Shown here piece after piece: positions 17,633-25,752 of a DNA stretch of 46,663 nt (position 1 is the stretch's first letter; every line of letters begins with the position of its first letter). The notes under the pieces are model-generated. The model worked only from the letters and a program-made list of their open reading frames with translations. It searched no databases and was not told the origin of the DNA. The position numbers were made by a program, and so were the translations under genes. This DNA is from a virus (Duplodnaviria > Caudoviricetes), in the IMG/VR virus record IMGVR_UViG_3300032274_000545, positions 1-46,663 of that record; one strand, 5' to 3'.

Positions 17633-17938
17633 TTAAAAAGGTAGTTCTTCATACTCGTTAATCAATTCGGTTATCCGCTTCCACTCCGCCCGGCTCGGTA
17701 GCAATTCCTTTTGCCGCGGCGCTGGCAAATCCGTTATTTGTTGCGGTAGGCTACATGCTTCCCAGACGTGCTTATCTACGTCGTAGCAAAGCGATATTTT
17801 CAAGTTCCATATTTCCAGCCCTTCGCCTATTATTTCCGTGTAGGTAAGCGCTAGAAAATAGCTGCCCGGTTGAAGAAATAGTTTTATCGGCGCTGGTTTG
17901 GAATGCGGCCGTATTTGGTGTGTTTGGTATACTTGCAT
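17633..17938 (-). CDS. Hypothetical protein with SSB-like tail (EYEELPF)
   Basis: ORF in operon. Confidence 0.6.
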   Translation of the reverse strand: MQVYQTHQIRPHSKPAPIKLFLQPGSYFLALTYTEIIGEGLEIWNLKISLCYDVDKHVWEACSLPQQITDLPAPRQKELLPSRAEWKRITELINEYEELPF

Positions 17939-17939
17939 A

Positions 17940-18377
17940 TTATACGTATTGTCTGTTACCGTACCGGCTTAATTGCTCTTCTAGGCTTCTTAGTTCTTCC
18001 TGCTCGTGCGGTTCCGGTAAATAGATTCCGTGAAACTTGCTTGCGTGATCGCGGAAAACGTCTATTGCAATCGTCATTTCCTTTGTGTCCAGGGCAGCGG
18101 TAGATCTAAAGAAAACCTTTCCACCTTTCTCGTATCTGAATAAGTCTTTACAAATCTCTCTTTTGAAAATTTCGTCTTTGACTTCCTGTAGGCTGTAACC
18201 GGTTTCGAGTCCGTACCAGCTTAGTATCAAGTGCAGGTATTTGTTCTGGCGTATCGTTCGCGCTTTGCTCTTTTGCTTCAGTTCTACCTGTTTCCGGTTG
18301 TTCCAGAAAAAGGCAATCTTTTCTTTGAATTGTTTGCGGTGCGCGTCGTTGTCTAGGTTGTAAATCATAGTCGCCAA
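17940..18377 (-). CDS. NinB/Orf-like recombination accessory protein
   Basis: RTIRQNKYLH; RSTAALDTKEM; GIYLPEP. Confidence 0.75.
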   Translation of the reverse strand: MATMIYNLDNDAHRKQFKEKIAFFWNNRKQVELKQKSKARTIRQNKYLHLILSWYGLETGYSLQEVKDEIFKREICKDLFRYEKGGKVFFRSTAALDTKEMTIAIDVFRDHASKFHGIYLPEPHEQEELRSLEEQLSRYGNRQYV

Positions 18378-18676
18378 GATTGAAAAACTAAGTCAATTTG
18401 CTTTCGCGGGTCTTCGCTTTGCTCTTCGTGTATCTGCATTAATTCGTCAATCACTTGAGGTAAGTCCAGTATATCTTTTGATTCAATACGAAGTAAAATC
18501 TTGTCGTACTCTTTATCTGTAAGTTTTACCTGCTCTAGCCTTGATAAAGCATACCAGTAAGCGCCGTCTGGGCATTTCCAAAACCCCTCTTTCCATTTGG
18601 TCGCCTTTGCTTCCTCGGAAAACATGATCTTGGTTTCCTGCTGCGCTATCCAGGTCAAAAAACTATCCTCCGGCAT
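18365..18676 (-). CDS. Hypothetical protein
   Basis: ORF in operon. Confidence 0.6.
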   Translation of the reverse strand: MPEDSFLTWIAQQETKIMFSEEAKATKWKEGFWKCPDGAYWYALSRLEQVKLTDKEYDKILLRIESKDILDLPQVIDELMQIHEEQSEDPRKQIDLVFQSWRL

Positions 18677-19340
18677 TTCTTATATTTTCATAAGTCGCCT
18701 TTGCTGTGTCGATGAAATCGGCGTCCTCGTGAAACGATCTAGCTATCTGACTTAACTCCTTTACGTCTTTTGCCCTGTCAAGGGCTTTCATTGCCCTGAT
18801 AGCGTACTTTTTGTACTCTGCCCGTATAACTGCCGCAGTAGGGTCTTTCTTTGTCTCAGGCGTGAATTCGTCCATTTCTTCGGAAGGCGTGCCCTGGTAT
18901 CCAGCCGCTTTGAATAACCAGCCAAGCAGGACGCGAAATGCCTTCCCTACTGCCCTGGTTTGCGCCATGCTTGCGATTGCGTATTCATCAAAATATTTTT
19001 TCTTGGATTCGCCGTTTGAGCAATAAGCAAAGGCGCGAGTAACTATCTTATCGTTGCTCTGGTCTACGATTTCAACCTCTGCCATGTATCGGAATTCTTC
19101 CGGCCTCGTGCTTTTGTCTTCCAACTTGACAATGCGAGGGAATAACCCGACTAAAGCACCGGCGTACTGCCACGCCTCAACCATTGGATATTTGTTTTTT
19201 TGGATAACTATAAACAGTTTTTCCTTTTCGATATGGGTCTGAATTTCGGCGGAAAGCTTGGAGAAGAGAACAGGGTCGTTTATGTTTTGGAAGTTACGTT
19301 TTTGTACGCCGTTTGGCTTTAGCTTGACTATATCGGACAT
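18663..19340 (-). CDS. Single-strand annealing recombinase (putative)
   Basis: YPMVEAW; EYAIASMAQTRAVGKA; TPSEEM motifs. Confidence 0.7.
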   Translation of the reverse strand: MSDIVKLKPNGVQKRNFQNINDPVLFSKLSAEIQTHIEKEKLFIVIQKNKYPMVEAWQYAGALVGLFPRIVKLEDKSTRPEEFRYMAEVEIVDQSNDKIVTRAFAYCSNGESKKKYFDEYAIASMAQTRAVGKAFRVLLGWLFKAAGYQGTPSEEMDEFTPETKKDPTAAVIRAEYKKYAIRAMKALDRAKDVKELSQIARSFHEDADFIDTAKATYENIRNAGG

Positions 19341-19399
19341 AATTTGTATTTTTGAATTGTTGATAAAATCTTTTCGGAGCCTCGTGAGGGGCTTTTTTT
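19324..19399 (+). ncRNA. Promoter plus terminator unit: candidate ~42-nt antisense sRNA
   Basis: TTG(19324)-N20-TATTTTTG(19347), then AGCCTC-gtga-GGGGCT-T7. Confidence 0.55.
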
Positions 19400-19401
19400 A
19401 T

Positions 19402-19659
19402 TTAGTCGCCCGACGGGTATCTGATTCCGGCGTCGTCTAATTCTTTTAAGTGCAAATCAATTCGCTCCTCCTCTTTGCTTCTTTCTTCAGCGAACCCTAT
19501 TGCTTTGTCCACATGATCGTCTAGCACACCGCTTGCCCCCGGCATTTCTGAACAGACAAACCGCCAAAGGTATTCGTGCAATTCTTGTATGTAATTGAAT
19601 ATCTCCCCGTCTTGATCGATATGTTCCGGCGACAAAAAACCGTTTGGCCTTTTTTTCAT
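19402..19659 (-). CDS. Hypothetical protein ending in GIRYPSGD
   Basis: ATGA-coupled ORF with shared C-terminal tag. Confidence 0.75.
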   Translation of the reverse strand: MKKRPNGFLSPEHIDQDGEIFNYIQELHEYLWRFVCSEMPGASGVLDDHVDKAIGFAEERSKEEERIDLHLKELDDAGIRYPSGD

Positions 19660-20030
19660 GCTGCTTGTTTTTGAGTGGTTTGGAATTCCGCGCTATTAGC
19701 CCGGATATACCCTATCAGCATCGCCTCAATTTCCTCCCCGCTCAAATCCTTCAAATACTGCGAAAAGGTGAAATGCAGCCGCTTTGCTTTCGTTTCGATA
19801 TACTGTCCGCGTGAATTAATATAATCAAATACGCCGCCGTCAAGTACAATCAAGCCCTCTCCTTCTTCGCTGTAGTCGTCGATATTGCCCGCCTCGAACT
19901 CCGCGCCGATAATGTCGGCGAAGTCCAGCGCCTCATCATAGTAGCGCCCGTCGAAGTCGAATTTTACGTTGATTTTGTGCTTTGGGGAAAGGTTGACGTC
20001 GTAGTCGTGGATTTGGATATTATTTTTCAT
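19656..20030 (-). CDS. Hypothetical acidic protein
   Basis: ORF in early operon. Confidence 0.7.
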   Translation of the reverse strand: MKNNIQIHDYDVNLSPKHKINVKFDFDGRYYDEALDFADIIGAEFEAGNIDDYSEEGEGLIVLDGGVFDYINSRGQYIETKAKRLHFTFSQYLKDLSGEEIEAMLIGYIRANSAEFQTTQKQAA

Positions 20031-20135
20031 GGAAGTTGTTTTGAATGATTTTTGAAATTCGGGGAGGGGAAATTTGCTTTTCAGCGGGGAGAATTGTAAT
20101 ATTTACGTGTTAAATCGCGAAAAGTCGCGGTTCCT

Positions 20136-20384
20136 TTAGGCTACTTTAGCAAGCAGCCTTTTTAGTCGTCGGTCTCTTTGCTTTTGCTTTCGCTGTTTTT
20201 CCTCCGCAGCCTCTTCAAGCAAAACGAGACATTTATCGACTACACCGTGTACGTCATAAGTCCAGCCATTTAGGACTTGACTTACTGCTGTTCTGTGGAT
20301 GCCTAGGTCGTAGGCTATGCGCTTGTTCGGTATCTTGTTCTCCCTTAGGGCAATCTTTAAATCAGGATATCGTTTCTTTATCAT
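20136..20384 (-). CDS. Cro-like XRE HTH regulator
   Basis: IPNKRIAYDLGIHRTAVSQVLNG; divergent from 20486. Confidence 0.8.
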   Translation of the reverse strand: MIKKRYPDLKIALRENKIPNKRIAYDLGIHRTAVSQVLNGWTYDVHGVVDKCLVLLEEAAEEKQRKQKQRDRRLKRLLAKVA

Positions 20385-20400
20385 TTCTTTATCGTTTTTG

Positions 20401-20470
20401 ATAACACAAATATATCACGAAAAAACGAGATAAACCGGAATAAGCCGCGATTTAACACAATGTTAACACA
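20401..20470 (-). promoter_or_regulatory. Divergent control region with early leftward promoter and TAACAC repeats
   Basis: TATATTTG at 20407-20414 (minus); TAACAC at 20402, 20453 and 20465. Confidence 0.6.
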
Positions 20471-20485
20471 TTTAAAAAACCTTTT

Positions 20486-20899
20486 ATGAGTAATCCTAGT
20501 CTAAAAGAATCCTTCCGGGTCTTTGTCAATCTATTGTACGATGCCGGTTACAGGGCGCCGCAAATAGCGCAAGAGTCAGGAGTCAGCGCAGGTAAAATCA
20601 GTTCAGCGCGAAGGCGAGAAGCAAGAAAGCGCACTTATGTAGCTACTATTGAAGAAGTAATTGCACTAAAGACGTACCTCGAAAATGTAACCAGCAAGAA
20701 ATACAGCGACGACGGCACAGAACAAACCGCCCAACCCCTACTGGCAACCGCCGAAGAGCTGGCCGCCTTGCAAAAAGCATTAGAAGAAGAAAAGGAATCA
20801 AAAGAAGAACTGCAAAGAGTAATGAACGAACTCAAAGCAAGAATGCAGAGGATAGAAAAAACGCTTACTGAGAAACTCAAAAGCGCTTTATTTCTTTAA
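20486..20899 (+). CDS. Repressor-position HTH protein with C-terminal coiled coil
   Basis: YRAPQIAQESGVSAGKIS; no S24 peptidase domain. Confidence 0.65.
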   Translation: MSNPSLKESFRVFVNLLYDAGYRAPQIAQESGVSAGKISSARRREARKRTYVATIEEVIALKTYLENVTSKKYSDDGTEQTAQPLLATAEELAALQKALEEEKESKEELQRVMNELKARMQRIEKTLTEKLKSALFL

Positions 20900-21072
20900 T
20901 ATATTGCAAAAATAATTTTCATTAGCCCGGACAAAAGTGTGTTTTTTCGCGCCCTTGTCTGGGCTTTCTTTGTGGTGCGAATAGCTTGTTTTTGCGTCAG
21001 TTTCGTAAACTCTTCTCTCTCTCCTTGCCGCCGGGCGACGACAAGTGTAGTTGCCTCATTAGGTCTAGACAT
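20896..21072 (-). CDS. 58-aa hypothetical protein (MSRPNEATT...)
   Basis: Read by hand; A-rich leader; converges on the 20486 gene. Confidence 0.4.
   Translation of the reverse strand: MSRPNEATTLVVARRQGEREEFTKLTQKQAIRTTKKAQTRARKNTLLSGLMKIIFAIY
20914..20971 (+). terminator. Hairpin plus T-rich tail
   Basis: AGCCCGGACAA...TTGTCTGGGCT-TTCTTT. Confidence 0.5.
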
Positions 21073-21290
21073 AGTGTGGATTATTTTGTTAGTATGTGTA
21101 AATAGTCAAAGTGCTTGCCATAGCCCTTTTCGGCGAGGAAACGGATTATAATAATCGCTAATACTTACCGGGGGGGGGTAAAAGGGAAGGTTAAGATATG
21201 TGGAAAATAATTATAAAGCAATGAGTAAAATCAACTAAAACAACGTGTGTTTGTTGTTTTATTGAAAAAAGAGGACTATTTTATCTTTTT

Positions 21291-21581
21291 TTATTCATCA
21301 TTCAACTCCTGTTGAAAAGAAATACCTATAATGAATTTGTGTCCGGTTAGGCGCAGTAAATAATCTAATACTTCATGGCTAGGGTTCTGTGTTCTTCCGT
21401 TCATGATTTTATACACTGCTTGAAATGAAACCTTGGGGTTTTCGTCTCTTTCGAGCAAATCTTGTATAGAAATACCGTTTGTCGCCAGGTATGATTTCAA
21501 AAACATTATTGTATTGGCCGTCGTCCCGTCCATTTTTTTGTCGAATTTACCCTTTTCCGGCATTACTAACAATTTTTGCAT
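21291..21581 (-). CDS. XRE-family HTH regulator
   Basis: GISIQDL...VSFQAVYKIMNGRTQNPSHEVL. Confidence 0.75.
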   Translation of the reverse strand: MQKLLVMPEKGKFDKKMDGTTANTIMFLKSYLATNGISIQDLLERDENPKVSFQAVYKIMNGRTQNPSHEVLDYLLRLTGHKFIIGISFQQELNDE

Positions 21582-21761
21582 TTTTGTTGTAGTTTTCTTT
21601 CAACTGTGGTTGAATTTTATTATCTTGCGTAAGATACAGAAATCACCGCGAAAAAGCAAAAGAAACTGGGTTTAGGTGTTCCCCGCCGCGTCAGTCGTTT
21701 TTGGTTTTCATTGAGATTTTATCCTGGGACGGCGCGGCGGTTTTTTGAAAAACAATAAACA

Positions 21762-21980
21762 ATGAAAGAAAGTCACGGACAGAAAATGAATCGATTACTC
21801 CCAAGTACAGGGGCGGGGCTAGGTATGACATTAATAGTGTTCGCGTTTTTTGCTTTCGCCAGCTGGGAAGTGAATCCTGCGGAATGGCACCCGGAAGCAA
21901 GGGCAGGTTTCAGCGCTGCCGGTTTCCTTGCGATGGTTCTAACTGCAATGCTAGTGTATGGCATGACAGACCCGGATTGA
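21762..21980 (+). CDS. Small two-TM membrane protein
   Basis: Two hydrophobic helices around WEVNPAEW. Confidence 0.7.
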   Translation: MKESHGQKMNRLLPSTGAGLGMTLIVFAFFAFASWEVNPAEWHPEARAGFSAAGFLAMVLTAMLVYGMTDPD

Positions 21981-22055
21981 AAAGATATTTCATGGGATTA
22001 TAATTTGTTGGGCGCCCGGTAAAATGAGGCCGGGCGCTTTTTAAAACCGCGTAGA

Positions 22056-22253
22056 ATGACAAACGACTTTGCACCAATATTCCTCATTTGCGCTCTAATC
22101 GCCTTTTTGGTGGTCGGCCTACCCTTTCTGCGGGCATTGAAAAGAAGCGCCGTACAGATAGCGAAAGACGCGCTACTATCGAAAGTTAAGCAGGCAATGA
22201 TTATCGACTTACTTAGGAAGGAATTGGAGAAAGAAAAAAAGAAAAGAGCATGA
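22056..22253 (+). CDS. Small membrane-anchored protein
   Basis: N-terminal TM; GCATGA coupling to the next gene. Confidence 0.65.
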   Translation: MTNDFAPIFLICALIAFLVVGLPFLRALKRSAVQIAKDALLSKVKQAMIIDLLRKELEKEKKKRA

Positions 22254-22762
22254 ACATAATAGTAGGCAAATTCAATCAAACAGGGGTCAACGAGGTTGAT
22301 GTCGCTTTGGTCGAAAAAAAATGGTGCGACCTGTGGCTGATAGCCCAATGGGGTGAATCTTTCAAGTTGGTTAAGTACGTTAGCAAAGATTCCGAAACGA
22401 TGCAGCTTAAAACTGAAGTATCACCAGGCCAAGCTTACGAAATAATTGAGAGGTTGGGTTTAACGTGCACCAAAAGCGCTTTTTTTAATCGCGGTGCCTC
22501 TTGGCGAAAAAAAAGAGAAAGCATGACAAACGACGAAAAAACACTAATCGATTTCTTGAACTGGCTAAGTGAATCGGGCTGGTACGCAGCGGCCGACGGG
22601 GAATACGATAACACGGAAGAGCCAAATAGTTGCTTTCGGCTGACAGCGCGGGAAGTCGTGCAGGAATATCTTATTAAGGAAAAGGGGTATGAGGTGGACA
22701 TGGACGACTTTGCAGCAGGTAGTTCCCGTCCTTTAAAGCTTAAGAAAAAAGAGAAAGCATGA
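22250..22762 (+). CDS. Hypothetical protein; apparent fusion of two cassettes (second starts at ATG 22523)
   Basis: Internal copy of the gene-junction motif. Confidence 0.65.
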   Translation: MNIIVGKFNQTGVNEVDVALVEKKWCDLWLIAQWGESFKLVKYVSKDSETMQLKTEVSPGQAYEIIERLGLTCTKSAFFNRGASWRKKRESMTNDEKTLIDFLNWLSESGWYAAADGEYDNTEEPNSCFRLTAREVVQEYLIKEKGYEVDMDDFAAGSSRPLKLKKKEKA

Positions 22763-23007
22763 AGACATTAAAAGTATGGGAACAATCCGACCTTAACTTA
22801 GACGTATTCCTGTCTGTTGGGGACGAAATAGACGAGGTGTTATATAACTATTTTGGCGAAGTCGTGGTGCCGCAGTATGTGAGCGAAAAATTTATTCAAT
22901 TAGGGGAGCCGGAGCATGAAGAAGAAGGCATTGATTTTTTCATGTCAGCCTGTTATACTGGCAAGAAATATATTTACCTCGGCATTTTGCCGGAATTCAA
23001 GCAATAA
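22759..23007 (+). CDS. Hypothetical acidic protein
   Basis: Coupled ORF. Confidence 0.7.
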   Translation: MKTLKVWEQSDLNLDVFLSVGDEIDEVLYNYFGEVVVPQYVSEKFIQLGEPEHEEEGIDFFMSACYTGKKYIYLGILPEFKQ

Positions 23008-23015
23008 GTAAAAGC

Positions 23016-23390
23016 ATGAAAAAGCACAGCCTCCACCCCTTGCTCATTTTCTTAGCCGCGTTCCTCGTGTCGTGGCCAGCGCTCTGGCTGATTTTCCGGC
23101 ATTGGGGCGCACCCTGGGGAGCGTTAATAGGGTCATTTCTGCTTATTGACGTACTCGATAGCGTAACCCTCCCCTCTTTTTCGCTCCCAGTACGCCAGAA
23201 ATCGCCCACAATCGACGATAAGGCAAGAAGCGCCCGAATGGTCGCGGAGGCAAGAGAAGCGGCACAGGCGAAAGAAACGCCCAAGGCAGACGAATTCGCT
23301 TTTTACGTCAAATCTAGCGCGGCGACGAACTTGAAGGCAGATCCGGCGCCGAAGCCCTGGAAAGAGCATGAAAAGAAAGGACTGAAGTAA
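23016..23390 (+). CDS. Membrane protein
   Basis: Two N-terminal hydrophobic segments. Confidence 0.65.
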   Translation: MKKHSLHPLLIFLAAFLVSWPALWLIFRHWGAPWGALIGSFLLIDVLDSVTLPSFSLPVRQKSPTIDDKARSARMVAEAREAAQAKETPKADEFAFYVKSSAATNLKADPAPKPWKEHEKKGLK

Positions 23391-23403
23391 CAAACTCAAT
23401 CCC

Positions 23404-23475
23404 ATGAATATGATAATTTTATTAATCGCCGCTCTGGTCTTGCCTGTCTTGATTAGGGCGGACTGGAAAGAATAA
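23404..23475 (+). CDS. 23-aa hydrophobic peptide (MNMIILLIAALVLPVLIRADWKE)
   Basis: Read by hand; single TM plus charged tail. Confidence 0.45.
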   Translation: MNMIILLIAALVLPVLIRADWKE

Positions 23476-23641
23476 AAAAAGGGTATGCCATGTAAGCCGT
23501 AAAAGACGAGCCAACAAGGCTGTCTTTGTGGGGTTGACTCGCAAAACGCTTTGGCTACCTAAAATAAAAAAGCCCGGCGCGCAGGATATGAAAAGCGCCG
23601 GGCAAACATACTTGAATTGTAAAAGTAAAAAATTAAGCCTT

Positions 23642-25300
23642 ATGAGTAAGAAATTTTTTCAAACTAAAAGCGACGCACTGTCTATATTAAAAACGACTCG
23701 GAACGCTGCCGCAACGGGCGGGGCGATTACTAGCATGGTAATAGTGGGTACTATAGCATACCAAGGGATGTTGGATTTTTTGCATCCCGTTTTTGCTGGA
23801 TTTCTTGCAATTCTAGCTATTGCCCTGGTTGCTTTCGTCGTGGATTACGGGCTAAGAAAAACACTTCCCTTTGGCTTCGATATACTAATTGCGGGCGAAT
23901 GGCGCAAGGACTGGAAAATAGCCGGATTTCTTTTTTTGCTGTTTGTCGTCAATGCCGGCCAAGTGTACACATCTTTAAAGCTATCATGGGAAGGGCGCAA
24001 GGAAGCCGCCGCCGCTATTCAACCCGATTTGCAAGTAAAAGACCTTACAGCGATTAACTCGCAAGTAACCGCATCAAACATAAGAGAACGGCGCGGAATT
24101 GAAAATCAGATTAAGGCTATTAGTACTCAAATAAGGGAGAAAGAAAAACAGACTATTGCGGCCTACCCTACTTATACTGAAAAAATAAAAAGCGGTGACG
24201 ACAAATGGGGTTGGCATGCCGGGCAACTAGAAAAGAAAAAAGAAAAAGCAACGGCAGACCTGAGAAGTCAAAAAACTGACCTTATTGCATCTCTTGCGAG
24301 TTTGACAAAAACGCAAACAATGAAAGACTCCCTGACGCTATTTAGTGCCGCGACAATCAACGCTTTTAATACAAATGAGTATGTGACGAACAAAGACCGA
24401 AACATGAAGTATATAGGGTATTTCGGCGCGGGTTGCGTTTTACTTGTCCCGTTTTTGTCGCTCATGTTGTCATTAATCGGCCAAAACGACACAGAAGAAG
24501 TCGAACAAAAAGAAATCAAAAGTCCAATGCGCCGACTAAAAAAAACTGCTACCGCGCCTCATGCTGCTATCCCTGCCAGATCCAGCGCGCCCGATGATTT
24601 TGAGGTGCAAAGGAGGCTAGAGATGCTGCATGCGCAAGCGGAGCAAGAGCGCAAAGAACGCGAACGATTAGAAGAAGAAATTAAGCGCAAGGAAGAACAA
24701 CAAGCGCAAGCAGAACAAGAGCGCAAGGAATTGCAAGCGCTAGAAGACGAGCGCAAGGAACGCGAAAGGCAAGCCGCAAAACTAGAGCGAATACGAGCGC
24801 AAAAGTTGGCGGAATTAGAGCGCAAGAACGCAGAAAGAAAGGCCGCAAAAAAAGCGCAAGAACTAGCCGCAAAGCAGGCGCAAGAAAAGGAAGCGCAAAG
24901 GCGCAAAGAAGAAGCGCAAAAACATGCGCAAGAATTGGCGGAATTAGAGCGCAAGCTGGAAGCGCAAAAGGCGCAGGCGCAAGCCGCAAAAGAAGCAGCG
25001 CAAAAGGCAAGCGCAAGCCCCTCCCCTGGTAGGCGCAAAGTTGCGTCCCAAGATATTGAAAACCAATCAGTTAAGACGCAATCTAAAAAGCGCAAGAAAA
25101 AAACGCAAGGGAGGAGCGCAAAAAAAGGCAAATCTCCGGGCAAAACTATCATTATTGCGGGTGAAGAAAAGACGCGCAATAACTGGCGCGCAAGAGTGTC
25201 AGCCTTGCGAAAGATTGCGCCTACAAAAAGAACCGCAAAACAAGCGCAAAGGCTAGCGCAAATAGAAGCGGTTTTGTGGCCGCAAAAAGTAATTTCCTAA
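23642..25300 (+). CDS. Multi-TM membrane protein with long coiled coils and basic C-terminal domain
   Basis: Three N-terminal TMs, coiled coil, fourth TM, E/R/K/A/Q-rich coil; start placed at ATG 23642. Confidence 0.85.
   Translation: MSKKFFQTKSDALSILKTTRNAAATGGAITSMVIVGTIAYQGMLDFLHPVFAGFLAILAIALVAFVVDYGLRKTLPFGFDILIAGEWRKDWKIAGFLFLLFVVNAGQVYTSLKLSWEGRKEAAAAIQPDLQVKDLTAINSQVTASNIRERRGIENQIKAISTQIREKEKQTIAAYPTYTEKIKSGDDKWGWHAGQLEKKKEKATADLRSQKTDLIASLASLTKTQTMKDSLTLFSAATINAFNTNEYVTNKDRNMKYIGYFGAGCVLLVPFLSLMLSLIGQNDTEEVEQKEIKSPMRRLKKTATAPHAAIPARSSAPDDFEVQRRLEMLHAQAEQERKERERLEEEIKRKEEQQAQAEQERKELQALEDERKERERQAAKLERIRAQKLAELERKNAERKAAKKAQELAAKQAQEKEAQRRKEEAQKHAQELAELERKLEAQKAQAQAAKEAAQKASASPSPGRRKVASQDIENQSVKTQSKKRKKKTQGRSAKKGKSPGKTIIIAGEEKTRNNWRARVSALRKIAPTKRTAKQAQRLAQIEAVLWPQKVIS
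24632..25261 (+). repeat. Array of 26 GCGCAA hexamers
   Basis: Counted by hand; all on the same strand, in all three frames. Confidence 0.85.
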
Positions 25301-25722
25301 CTCGTTTCGCGGCGAGTAGCCCGCGCACAAGAGCGCGGGCGAATTTTGAAACAGCAAAGTTATTAGCAATAATGCAAGACTTACGTTACACTGCGACTAT
25401 TGAAGAAAACGTTACTAGGGTAGGGGCGGGAATTGTTACGCCGCCCCTTGATTTGATAAGGCACGTATACATTATATCCAGCCGCGTTTTGTTTTTAGGA
25501 CGTTTTGGCGGCTGGCTTTTTGAAATCGGTATGTTTGAGAGATCAGGCATATATTAATATGTAGCGCGGTGAGTAGGGAAAGGCGGTCTTTGGACGCGCT
25601 GGAAAGTCTTGCCCGCTACTTTTTGAAACCAAGTTCATGGGATTATAATAGACCGGGCGTGCGGAGTATGGCGCCCGGTCGTTTCCCAGGAAAATAGAAA
25701 TATGGGTTTTAGGGCATTTTTC

Positions 25723-25752
25723 AAGCCCCTGCCGGTTGGTAGGGGCTTTTTT
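25723..25752 (+). terminator. Intrinsic terminator
   Basis: AAGCCCCTGCC-ggtt-GGTAGGGGCTT-TTTT. Confidence 0.8.

Noticed and set aside
24559-25179. Long minus-strand ORFs (206 and 111 aa)
   Set aside because: Antisense shadows of the low-complexity coiled-coil gene
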